From contig CM022667.1 of NCBI GenBank assembly GCA_012295275.1, positions 18,662,001 through 18,726,000 of the forward strand: a stretch of DNA of 64,000 bases. The letters run 5' to 3'. Of this stretch, positions 24,708 through 37,049 are shown piece after piece. This DNA comes from Chrysomallon squamiferum. Its lineage: Eukaryota; Animalia; Mollusca. The translations under genes were made by a program, and so were the position numbers. Numbering within the stretch: the stretch's first letter is position 1; every line of letters starts with the position of its first letter. Below the pieces are notes generated by a model. The model had not been told where the DNA came from and made no database searches. It saw only the letters and a program-made list of their open reading frames with translations.

Positions 24708-26979
24708 ATAAATAATAACTTTCGATCGGAAAAGGACCCATAGTTTTATGTTCATGAGAAAAAAATGTTCTCATTTTTTATTTGTAATGATAGACACTGC
24801 AACAGGTATCTTGAGGCGGCATTTGGAAAATACAGAGAATGACAATTTTAAAGTAATATCTTGTTTAATTCTAAAACAGGTGGAAAGATTTTTTCATTTT
24901 TTTTGTCTGAACGTTTAACCTTCATTCAAAAATATTTATACCTGGTTGCTTATACTCAATCATACACTGCCAAGCGACTGGATTTGCAACAAATCGGAAA
25001 TTAAATGTCAGGACTTCATAAATTAGTCTGATAATTTCTCCAATATTCAGTCAGAATTGGGCTTTATTTAAATATTTCACTTTAAATGTTTATTATATTT
25101 TAAATTCAAAAACAGAAAATGAACTTCACAAAATGGTAATGCTATTAGGAACAGTGAATGATTTATTTTATGATAGAGTTTCAAGTAATTTAACATTTGC
25201 ACATAACAGTGAGTAAACAAAGTAAAACAGAACAAATATAAAACCAGTGTGACAAATTTATTAATAGCTTTCTGCAATTTTTGATACCGTACCATACAAT
25301 GGTGGCATTATGTACAACACATGCAGTCAGTAGGCATGTAAAATTATTTTGAAATGTTCTTAAAATGTACAGTAGTTTTTAATTCTGAAGATAGCCAAAC
25401 TGAGTGGTGCAAGTACAATCATTTCACCATTTTATTATATCTACATCTTTAGTAAACTTCATCAGAGAAATCTTTTGTACCATATTGTTTGTGTAGGTAA
25501 AATGAATCAATAAAAAATTACTTAAAGGAAAAGAAGGGATGAGAAAAAATATATAGTAAAAATAAAAAAATAAAAAATAAAAATCAATAAACTGTTTTGT
25601 AACAAAGTGGAGAAAAAAAAAATCTTATCATTAATATGTTTATATTCAAATTAAACAGAATTTTAAGCATTCAGTATTAATTTTAGATTAAAATAGTCCA
25701 TAAATTAAAAAAATGTATATGTATTGTTCTCTAAACTGTAGAGCAAATTGTAATATTTTACAATATGAACTGCTTTGTATCCAAGCTTATTAGAAAAATA
25801 GGAACAAGGAAAAACATTCGATACATTTTCATGTTATTCTTCAAATTCTCCATTTTGTTATTATTTGCAAAAAACTAATATTCATGTAATTCAATTTTGA
25901 GTCTTTGGTTGCCTAATTAACAAAAAATTAAATGCATTACACAAGGCTAATGTAAAATTAAGAGGAACAATGGTGTAATCAGTAATTTAAAAAATACACA
26001 GACAACTTGTTAAACAGTAAAATCAAACTGATGTTATGTAGCAAAAATATCACATAATACTGAACAGCTCATTTCTGGTTACTAATAAAAAAGAAAAATT
26101 TATATATATATATATAAAAATCATTTTAAAGTTCATTATAACCCCCTTTGAAGCAATACTAACTATTTGCCATTTAAGATGATTTTACTTATTTTGATAA
26201 AAGTTGCCACTGAACAATGACAAAAAAAGAAGTTTTAAAGAGATGGTTTTTAAAATCAATATTTTTTCAGATTTTAAGTATAAACATGGAAACAATTTCA
26301 GCACTTGAAATGTAAAGCACTTCCAGTTATCACTTGCATGAAACTGAGAAAAAGAAAATGTTTTTTTCTCATCTGACTTAGATTGCTGAAGCATCTAATG
26401 AAAATAATTTGGCCAAGTCAAGAAATAAACTTAAATGTTCATTTTGTTCTTCATTTTCATTGTGTTGAGGATAATAATGGGAATTTTTTTTTTTTTTTTT
26501 TTTTGAAAATCCAACACAGAAAATTGCCACACTTACTAAATTTCCTTATTCAGGTGACAACATCTGCCCTCCATTTTGAAAGAAGCTAAAGTCTTTTTTT
26601 AACAATGTTAGGGCACAAACGGCAGGAATAATAATGGTACCATTTAAAAACTTTAGATTAATGTGGCTGTGCTTGCTAATTATCACTGATTTTTGTACTT
26701 TTTCCAATACTTCCCTCACTAGAGATAAATGCCACAAAATATTAGAAGTCATTTTTGGTTTGTTAGAAGTTCAATATACTAACACTGAAAATCAACTACT
26801 GGATGATGTAGATGACAAACTTGTCATTGTCAATGCTGCCAGTAATACAAATAATCAACCAGTTCCAAATCCTCCTTGGGAACAAAGGAAAAAATAAAAA
26901 TGAAAAAGTAAAATAAAATAAAATGCCACCAAGCAAATGCCACTATTAAATAATTCATGTTATGGATTTCTGGTAGGCT

Positions 26980-29900
26980 TTAAGATTTAACACCAACTCT
27001 CTGAAATAGAAAAATAAAAGTTAAAATGCATACCTTAATATTTGTACATTAAATTGTTAGAAAAATCTTATTACATTACAGAACATTTGAATGAGTGATT
27101 TATTTGGAACTGATCAGGTAAGTAAATGACAATAAACAATAAACTGTTTTTAGACTCATTTCTCTGTACTCTTTTCTTTAAGAACATTTATACTTTAAAG
27201 TAATTTAATGATTAGCATAAAGTAATTGTTGCTTCAAGTGAAAATTTACCTCATTACTTCTGTTAGGTGGTGGTCCTCTGGAGGAATCATAGTCATAATT
27301 CACCCAACCCTGATTTCTTCTACCACCTCTTGCATAACCACCTCTTCCACCTGTTAATTCATAATAATAGTAAAAAAATCTTGTACAGTAGCAGATTATT
27401 TCCTGCTATGCTTTATGAAAAGAACCCCAATGAATAATCTATACAAATCTAATGAACAAGAAAGAAAAGAAAAATTCTTAATGATATGCATGATACAGCA
27501 GTTTTATCAATATTAAAGTTGTTTTACGCAAATACAGATATACCTCTAAAACCTCCATATCCTTGATTAAAGTCATTGTAGCCTTGGTTTGAACCCCAGC
27601 CACCTCTGCCTCGTCCTCTGAATCCTCTTGTATTCCCACGATAACCACCTCTACCTCGCCAGTTTCTTCTCCAACTGTCAGCCACACCAAATGTTTCAAC
27701 ATTCAACTTTCTTTCATCTCTCCAACTCATTTTGGTATTGCTGTAATGGTGTAAATTAAAGTAATTAACTAGTTCATGCATAAATTATTTCTGATACCTT
27801 TTAGGTCAGTATTTGGAGTTACAGAGTAATCTGTCATGGTATTTAAAAACTGCAATGGTTTCTGATGTTAAAAAGTAATTTTATCCTATCTTAACCAATT
27901 TGCAAGTATATGTACACACCCTTTTGCCCTCTCACTTGATTCACAACTGATTTTGTCAAAGAATGATTTGTTCTTGTCATAATAAACTTCCTCTGGTTCA
28001 GGCTCAACTATTTCATTTTGTTCTTCGTCACCCTCTTTTTCTTTCTCTCCATTTACAATTTTCTCATCACCTTCAAAAAAAGAATGGGATACATACATAC
28101 ATATATATATTTTTTTTTTTTGTGTGTGTGCATATACATATTTTTCCATACACACCTCAATTTCAAGGGTTTTTTTTTTTTTTTTTTCAGACTTCATAAA
28201 CTATTGGATTTAGTCAAATCAGTGAGATTTCTTTTTTTCTAAGCAGATTCTACCAGGTCATCATCAGCAGATGAAGACAGTGATTCAATATCTTTTTCTA
28301 ACCATGCTTGTTGTTTCTAATTCAATACACTGAGAAATTTCCCTCTATACATTGCTCTAAACCCTACCTCTAAAATAAAAAATAAAACTAAGGGACTGTA
28401 ATGTTCAAATATTATTTTTGTCAAAATTAAACATGCTTGTTTTTACTTGTGCCATTTTAACTGATCACTATATAAACACAATGTTCAAAATTAAAATGCC
28501 TGGTGTATTGAAGCATTTCAGCTGGAACACATTTTTCAGACCAATTCATTACTTTTCTTTTCATATCGGAGGGGCGGTTTATGTAATGATGCACTTTACA
28601 TGAGAATTTTAGTTTCAATTTCAAATAATGTATAAGCCACTTCTCCAAATTAGGATGTGTTACTGCATTTAGCAACTTGAACTAGTTGGAGCAACTGATT
28701 ATTGTTCATTAAATCTTTAAAAATGTCATGTCACCACGTGAATGTTGATATACACTTGTCAACATTGTAAATAATTACATTAAACACTATGCCAATCTGA
28801 CCTACTGTTGGGACTAAACATTGGTTAAACCAGTTTTTCATACATTTTATTTACGACAAGGACATAATTTTCCGTAACGTAACAAAACCTGATTTTCCAA
28901 AACACACACACACACACACATATTTTATTTGCTTCTTTATGAAAGTAAAAAGTAACAACAAGTGCATATCACAATATTAGGTAAATCATTTGGATCTTTG
29001 AAAATAGGAACAGTAGAAGTATTTTGGGTGGCAAAAGGCCAGAGTGATTACTTTTTTCTTTCTCTAGTCAATTACATATTCTTCATAACTTTTGAATCTT
29101 ATTGTTTTCATTTTATAATCTTTTAAAGGATAAATATTAGCAAAACATTTTCAACAACTCACTAATAGTTAATTTCTTTTTCAGTTCTTCTTCAATTTTT
29201 TCTTTATCAAACTGAGCATTAGAACTTTCAAAATCAAATTCTCCTTCAAATTTTAGTGGAGTTCGTTGCTGACCACCTCTGCTTCTGTTCCCTGAACTTC
29301 TTGGCATTCCTCTGGATCCACCTCTAGGAGAGCCTCTAAATGGCTGAGGAGCGCTTCCATCTCGTCCACCAACACCTAATTAGAAAAAATTTAATTTCCT
29401 TACGAAATCATTGTCAATGTAGAGTTTTCAGACAGATAAGAATATTGTTTCATTTCATTTTACTGAAAATAAATTAGCATAACACAAAATAACTGCTTAA
29501 CAAGAAATTATCAATTTTGAAAGATCAACCAACACATCAAGGCTACATACTTCCTCGGTTTGGATGTGAAGTTGCACTTCTATTGCTACTCCGTCCTCTT
29601 GAATAAGTTGCTGACACAGGTTTGTTTTGTCTTTGTGTCTGATGGATGCGTTGTTCATTCTTTTGATCATGTTGATGTTGTTGCTGTCTATTAGTATGCT
29701 GTGACAATGGTTCAGATGAAGGACCTTTGTCACTGCTGGAAATACTGCCTGTTGATGACACCTGGGTACCTTGGTCAGATGTTGGAGATTTACGGTTTAA
29801 TGGTGGCGTTGTTCCTCGTGAACCTACAAAATATTGATTTAATCCTTTTAAACAATACTGTTAACAGATTACTTGCTATATACCAGATATTTCAAACATG

Positions 29901-32900
29901 ACATAGCATGTGTGTGTGTGTGTGAACATACAAGCATGAAAAATGTTAAAAAATGTAAAATAACTAAAATGAATGATATTATATATGTGTACATTATAAC
30001 AGTTTCATGCTAAGGTGATTCTATTATTACAACCCTACATATATTGTAATTTTTATGTTTTAATTTGATATTTATGAAAAATGGACAACAATTAAAAAGG
30101 ACGTCAGTCCCATAAAATATTAAAATTACTACTTATATTTGCAAACAAAAGATTTCTATGATTAAGATTGTACAGTCATTTTATAGCAACAACCTGAAGC
30201 AGTATGTCACATAAAGATAAATGTAAGGACTAATAATCACTTCTAGTAATTCTGGAACATTAACATGCCTTATATAAAAGGTTAGTATCAGTAGGACAAC
30301 AATTTCAAATCAATCTCGACAAAGTAATGAAACTGTATCTAATCCCCTTAACATGTTTTTAAAATCATGCAGCGTTTAAGATTTTTATAATCAGTTTTAG
30401 GCATAACAAATTTTTAATTGTAACTGTTTTACATGCAGTGTGCAGCAGCAACAAAACAATACCCATTACAAATTACTAGCAAAATGTGTGGATAAGAAAA
30501 AATACATTAAACAAAAATAAGGGTGCCGTTTTTACCCGCTCTCTTGTTCAACAGCTGAGGACCCACTTGTACCCCCTGGTCCACAGTTGGGGATGCCCGA
30601 TTCATAATGGGCGATGGGCCACGGGAACCTAGGAAATTTAAATCCACCACTCAAAAATGTAACTAAGAAATTTATATAATGGATGCAGCAAACAAAGTTA
30701 ATGAAAAGCAAAACATGCAAAATACAACAGCGCAATTTTTTTTTATTTATAAACAGGCATTATTTCTTCTTGGTCAATGTCCATGTTAAAATTTCTTTAA
30801 AGTGAAAATGTATGTAGATAAATTTCCAGCTCATTTTACTTAAATTATTATGAATCATAAAGTCTTTTTATTATAACAAAAATATAAAAAAGAGAAAGTA
30901 TAAAATTAAAAAAAAAAAATGTACTTAATTTCTGATCTTTCTATTTTCAAATTCACTGAATAATCCAAATATAAATATCTTAAGACCAGACATGACAGTA
31001 AAAAAAAATGTCTTTTTTCAGATGTCAGTGAAATCTTATCTTCAACATTCTTAATGGTAAAAATTGTGAAACTGGAAAAAACTATGGAAAAAAGAAAATA
31101 TGAAATTTGAATTTAAATAACCCCCATCAACCCAGATGATTTTTGTTCAGCTTTTTCGTAAGTTCTTTCAAGAGAACCATTTCTTCCACTGTTGTCATAT
31201 TCTCATCATAAACTAATTTCAACTAATTTTTTTGAAAGAGGCAGTTTCCATTATTTCATCATTTTAATATCTTCAGTTTTTCAGAAGTAATGTCATAAAA
31301 CAGTAGCATAAATTACATTAAGTCTTCTTTCAAAAAAACAATATGGACCCCTGAAAATGGCCAATTCCAGAATAAGTAAGTCCACTGGGAGCAATGCATT
31401 ACTGCTACGCTTCAAGTGTTAAGAAGAAACATAAAAAGACATTGTATTGGTACTGGGAGGCAAATTTTTTCTGACTTTAATTTTGTATAATATGCAAAAA
31501 CATTAGCACATAATGAAAGCTGTAGCAAAAAGAAACAAAACACACAAAAAATTGTGACCATTTTGTACAGCAGTTCAAAAGATATATGCAAATTGGTATG
31601 GCATATTTGGTCGGTTTTCAGCCCTGTTTTGGCTGATCAGAAAGGGCTACTATGGCCAATTGTAGCTTGAAAAATAATTGACACAAAAAGACTGAAAATC
31701 AACTAGTGTGATGGGACCAACTTGCTAAATGAGCTCAATTTTTTACAGTCCTGTATGTTTATGTGTGTGTTGGCAATAACATGCCAAAATCTTCAAAAGG
31801 AAACACAGCAGAATGATTAAAAGTGCAAACAAACACTATGGTTTCAGTTTTGGTTTTATTTGAAAAGTTCAACCTGTGTTATCAAGATCTTTCAAATGAG
31901 ACACTTGAATCTAACATTTTTAATTAAAAGAAAAAAAATTCTTTCCTTTCAAGCCCATAAAAAAAAAGAAAAAATACCTTTTTAATTTATATAGAACTGC
32001 ACAATTTGATTTAATAAGCAGCTAGAATTTTCGCTCTATTAAATAATTAGTAGTAGTAGATGTGTATAATCATGTATATATATTAATGTTACTTACAAGC
32101 ATTTGATGTTTAACTATAATCCTCTGCAATACTTAAACTCAGCTAATCCTTAGAGTCCACTCCAGAAAGGTGTTGCAGATATTAATTAGGGGCAACAAAA
32201 TGTATGTAATCATGAGACTAGAGGCAATTAAAAGACACAGATGTTGTAAGTGTCATTTGAAGCAGACATAAAATAATTTTCTTAGCTTTGGACTTGCTGT
32301 GATTTGACAGCAAACAAAAGTTGCATATCAATGACCATTGTTGAAATTTTCTCTGATAAAGCTTATCAACAAGCAAAAATAATATTTTACAACTGATCAG
32401 TTTATGATTTTATATTTTTTTTAAACTGATTAGTTTTTTTATTCAGCATTCCACCAATACTTCTGAATAAATTGTTCTGTTATGTAATACCACTTCTGTT
32501 ATGCTTATGATTCTTAATTTGCAAGAATTTTTAAAGCAAAATAATCAACGGTTTTAGAATGGAAGTAATCGGCAAAACAATGTTAATTTGTTTATTTCAG
32601 AATGTATTCATGTTATATTCAGTAGAAGTAATAACATAATAAAACATGCATCCTACAAGTTATTAAAAATATAATCAACATAGAAATATAATCATTTCAA
32701 ACAGGGTCAGTTATTTTTAGCTGCACATAAAATCTATTGCAATTTGGCTAGGTAGGAAACAATTTACAGCGATTTCACTACACACATGCTATAATATATA
32801 CATTAAAAGTAGAAAGAAAAACATACAGCCAACAAGTTATTAAAACAATAAAAAACAGAAATACAATCATTTTAAACAGCCCCAGACCTTTCTAGTTGTA

Positions 32901-35806
32901 CATAAAATCTAAAGCGATTTCGGTCTGTAGAAAATGTAATGGCGATTTTGCTAAGCATGTGCGACTTTCAAATGCAGAGCTTCTTTTTGCCAAAGAAGGC
33001 TCACTGTAGTGTCGTACATTGTTTGAAAGGTAATTGAATTAGCTTTCATTTGATCCGATGAACATGGGTGTTATTTTCAGCCTGTTTTTCTTCTAAATTG
33101 ATTCGAAGGCATGTAATAGTACATTTTTGGACAACTTTTGACATATAAGCCATTGCCAGCGACGACATGCACACAGAAAGACAAAAATAACACTGAAGCC
33201 CTTCTGGTGAAAACAAGCCAGGCATTTGTAGAGCGACCCTATTTTAGGACTTTTTACTTCACGCTGTTAATTGCTGACCATGGGCGCTGAAGTGCATACT
33301 GTACCGCATTTAACACTCTTGTTTGTACCAAGAACTAATTGCAACAAAAACAACAACTTCATTTAAAAGATCACATAATTATCTTTATGTCCATGTATTT
33401 GTTTTTATGGTGGGTTTTATAGAAGGGATTAGGGAGTGGAGGAAAATGGACAAAATCTGAACTTTTAACAGCTTCAACCAATTATATCATCAACGCTGCC
33501 AGTACCTACATTGTATAATAGACCACATTATATGTTACTAGCTCTGCCATGTCCAGCCTTAATTCTGTTATGTAAATATTCATCCTAAAAGCATTTCTTA
33601 GATGATAAAAAAAAAATCATATTCTTTAGTTGCATTATCTTTTTATAATATTTACCTTTCAAATTCTTTATAACCATAGATGTTTTTTTTTATTTATTTA
33701 TGATTTTTTAAAACCCCCCAAAACCTACACAAAAAGACACACACACACACATGCAAAATAGAATATTACCTGGACCCCCATGCTGTGGAAGACTTCCAAA
33801 ACCAGATGGTGGTGCTACAGATCCAGGTGCCTGGCTGTAATGTGGATGTCCATACATGGGCGTTTGTACATACTGCTGATAATTGGGCTGCCCAGCAAAA
33901 TGTTGAGGCTGTTGCTGGATATTTTGACCCTGGGCTTGGGAAGACTATAGAAATATTTTAATGTTCATATATTAACTACACACAAAATATAAATTTATAA
34001 ATATTCACATATTCTATTCAGAACCCTCTGCTATCTATTATTCATTTAAATTCAATTTATATCACTATTATTTTTACACAAAAATTATAAAAACATTTTT
34101 TTTTACTCAATATGCCTGGAAATGATAAAGTCATTTTAGATAGTGTACAAAATAAACATGGTTTTGATCAGGCAGTCAAATTTAAAGTAATTGTGGTAAT
34201 TTTATTAAAATCAATTCTTACCAAGTTTGTAAAATATTGTAGCTGCAGTAACATTTTAGGTATGGATATTCCTATATTATTAAGATTGCTTATTTGTTCT
34301 TTTCTGGTTGCAAGAAAGAATTTTTTTTTATATTAATCAGAAATTAATTTTGCTTACAATAAATTATCATTAAATAAATAATTCACTTCTATTTTCAAAT
34401 TTATTTAATGAATTGGTACGTTTATTTCATGCACAATTTTACAAGCAAGGCCATTATTTACAGATTTTCAAAACATGAAAATGTGTTTCCAGCAAAATGA
34501 GGTGCAACTATTAACCACTCTGAAAAACAGTGACCAAGCATGGATACCTTCACAATGGCTGGATCATGTGGAACACCTTGTAATGGTTGTGTTTTTGGTG
34601 GTTCACATACATGCAAGTCTTTGATGTCACTTCCACGGAATATAATATATTCAAAAATTTCATCACGAGGGGGTACGGGGCGATCTGTAGGCCGATCTTC
34701 TGTACCAAATGATCTAACTGAAAGTAAAAGTCAAAATAACATTAAGCAAATTTCTTTTAAAGAACCCACAAATAAACAAACAGTCCATTTCCATTACAAA
34801 AACACTCATATTAATGATGTTCAAATTTACACTATTATTCATTTAAGTTGTAATGCATTTGAAAATAACGTGTCTAGCAAAACTGCCACAAATCTGTTTC
34901 CTTGTGGGCCAAATAGCCACAGATTTTATGTGCAACTAGAAATCACTGGTGCTGTTTAAAATATATATATATATATACATGTAGTTTGTATTTTTAACTT
35001 GTAAGATGCACATTTTTCATCCACGTTCTGCCTTTAAGGTATATATAATATGAATATGTTCTGAAATAAACAAATTAACTTGTTTTGCTAATTACTATCT
35101 GTGCTCTAAGACACTGGCAATTACTTAGCTTTTGAAAATTCTTGTGATAGTGAATTAAGAATTATAAATATAACAAACTATACAACACAATAGTACAATA
35201 TATTCTGTTAACCCAAGTACCAGTAATGGTAGAATGCAGAAAAACAAAAAAATAGTACCCCAAAATAATAATTTGATGAGTTTTAAAACAGATTATTTTT
35301 ACTTAAAGTTTTGATTAGCTGTAGCAGAGAAAGGTACCAAAAATTGTCAGGTAAATTGTTTGCAGTAAATCACGGCAATGCAAAGCTAAGAAACCTGTTT
35401 CTGCTTCAAATGACAGACTTTGCACATGTGCATCTTTAATTTGCCTTCAGTTGCATGATTACTTCAATTTTGTTGCCCTTAATTAGTACCTGCATAACCT
35501 TTCTGGAGTAGGCTCTGAGGATTAGCCGAATTTATGTATTGAAGAGGATTTTAGTTAAACATCAGATGCAGTCCTTTTAAGTAACTTTATATAAATATAT
35601 ATACACTACAGTATTTTTTTTTTAACTTATTATCACTAATTATTTAATACATTTAGAATGACAAATCAAGCAACTTGTGTAAATAAAGTTGTGCAGTGCT
35701 ATCATTTAACCACTTAAAACGCATCATGACTCTAAAATAAAATGCATCTAAGTATGTACAAATAAAAATTATTTCAATACATGCAACAGTGGCTGCTCTT
35801 TAAACC

Positions 35807-35846
<40 letters not shown>

Positions 35847-36936
35847 TTAATAAATGTTGATGTTCTAATTCATTCTTACTGAAAATACATGGTTGCTATG
35901 GACTGAACGCAATGGTAAACTTCAGAGCCATTTTTCTCAATGATAAGGAGAAAGTCTGCCTTTGACACGATAAAATGGTCATAACCGAGTCGGTTTTCGA
36001 GGTATCAAAAACATTTTGTAGATTTTTAAAGCTTTTAATATACATAATCTATCTGATTATGAGAATTTCTCAACAATTTTACTTTTAATGCAGCTGCCCT
36101 CTTTTGGTACACTGGCTCATATTTTTCTTTCAAACTGAAAAAGTAATTTTTAAACTAATAACAATGCAAAAATTAAGTTCATTTAACAAGATGGCCCTAG
36201 ACAAAATATGGTAGAAAACTGACAAATTACTTATGGTACTGATCTGCATTTATCTTTTGAACAGAGTCAATGTCATCATTTTTGTTTGTTTTTATTTGTA
36301 GCTTTCGTTTTATGTTTATTTCCTTTCCATATTAAATATTAAAAAATTAATTAAAATTTAGGTTGCTGGTACCCACTCAAAGCCTGGCCTTATGCTTATT
36401 TTTTTTTAAATCTAAACCAAAGTCTCAAGTGACCTTATTTTGTTGAAAATACATGTAACCTCATCGTTGCATTCTAACCGGTGAACCTGAATTGTAATGC
36501 TTAACTGGGATATTGCAATGATTTGAATAATGAACGAAACATATTGTACATTCTGACAGTATACATTATTATTTTTTGTCATGTCAACAGCATTAATTTA
36601 AATTTTTCAAATGGTCTTGTAATTCTGCAACTTTCGTTTTAGTCAAGCTAAATAAATATTAACGTTTCGTTAGATTCGTGTATAGTTCAATTGTTGTTTG
36701 CATCATCTGTGAAAATAAAAATGTCAATATATTTCGTTTAATACAAGAAGAAGATTTGTTTTGGTTTCTGGGTGAGAAGTTTGGTCACCAACTAATTTAA
36801 CGTTTCCATTCTCACCTTTAGCTAGAGCAACCGTCGATTCGTTTGGATCAATGGTGTACAGTATGCCTTCATATCTAATTTCTGCTTTAGATATCAGGCT
36901 TATTTTACTGCCAAGGTATGGTATTCCTCCACTCAT
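26980..36936 (-). CDS. LSM14: LSM14 homolog (RAP55/Trailer hitch/Scd6 family); exons 36936-36816, 34717-34548, 33944-33770, 30628-30536, 29823-29551, 29375-29163, 28070-27920, 27740-27544, 27350-27250, 27000-26980
   Basis: LSm domain [78 protein letters not shown] motif [20 protein letters not shown] box [19 protein letters not shown] box [10 protein letters not shown], and an RGG-rich tail. All junctions are GT-AG and in frame. Confidence 0.96.
32098..33294. repeat. Unclassified interspersed repeat (DNA-transposon-like) in LSM14 intron 3, with an internal ~180-bp diverged tandem duplication
   Basis: 32098-32975 is homologous to 34850-35575 in inverted orientation. Units at ~32640-32790 and ~32818-32965 are similar to each other. 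The right boundary is a guess from CpG content and a CAC-type end. Confidence 0.7.
34850..35575. repeat. Inverted copy of the intron-3 repeat, in LSM14 intron 1
   Basis: Colinear blocks such as ttctgaaataaacaaattaac, caaagctaagaaa, tctgcttcaaatgaca, acctttctggagt and tagttaaacatca occur as reverse complements within 32098-32620. Confidence 0.88.
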
Positions 36937-37030
36937 TGTGCTAGCCTACGACAAGGCTCACACTGCGGCAGGATGGCGAAGGATTGCAACAAACTATCTC
37001 TTTTCCTTGCAAATGGCGTTAAATTTACAA

Positions 37031-37049
37031 TGGTCACCAGATGGCGCAA
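37031..37049 (+). promoter_or_regulatory. CTCF-like motif about 100 bp upstream of the LSM14 ATG
   Basis: TGGTCACCAGATGGCGCAA versus the CTCF consensus TGGCCACCAG(G/A)(G/T)GGCGCTA, in a locally CpG-enriched promoter region. Motif match only. Confidence 0.5.

Noticed and set aside
30532-30735. Minus-strand ORF MRCCILHV...
   Set aside because: It overlaps LSM14 exon 4 in a different frame; the spliced frame (GSRGPSP...) is the supported one.
34540-34959. 139-aa plus-strand ORF
   Set aside because: Antisense shadow of LSM14 exon 2 running into intronic repeat; no independent support.
35880-36125. Transposon-end-like segment with an X-box-like GTTGCTATGG
   Set aside because: No partner terminus, TSD or second copy in the window; cannot be classified.
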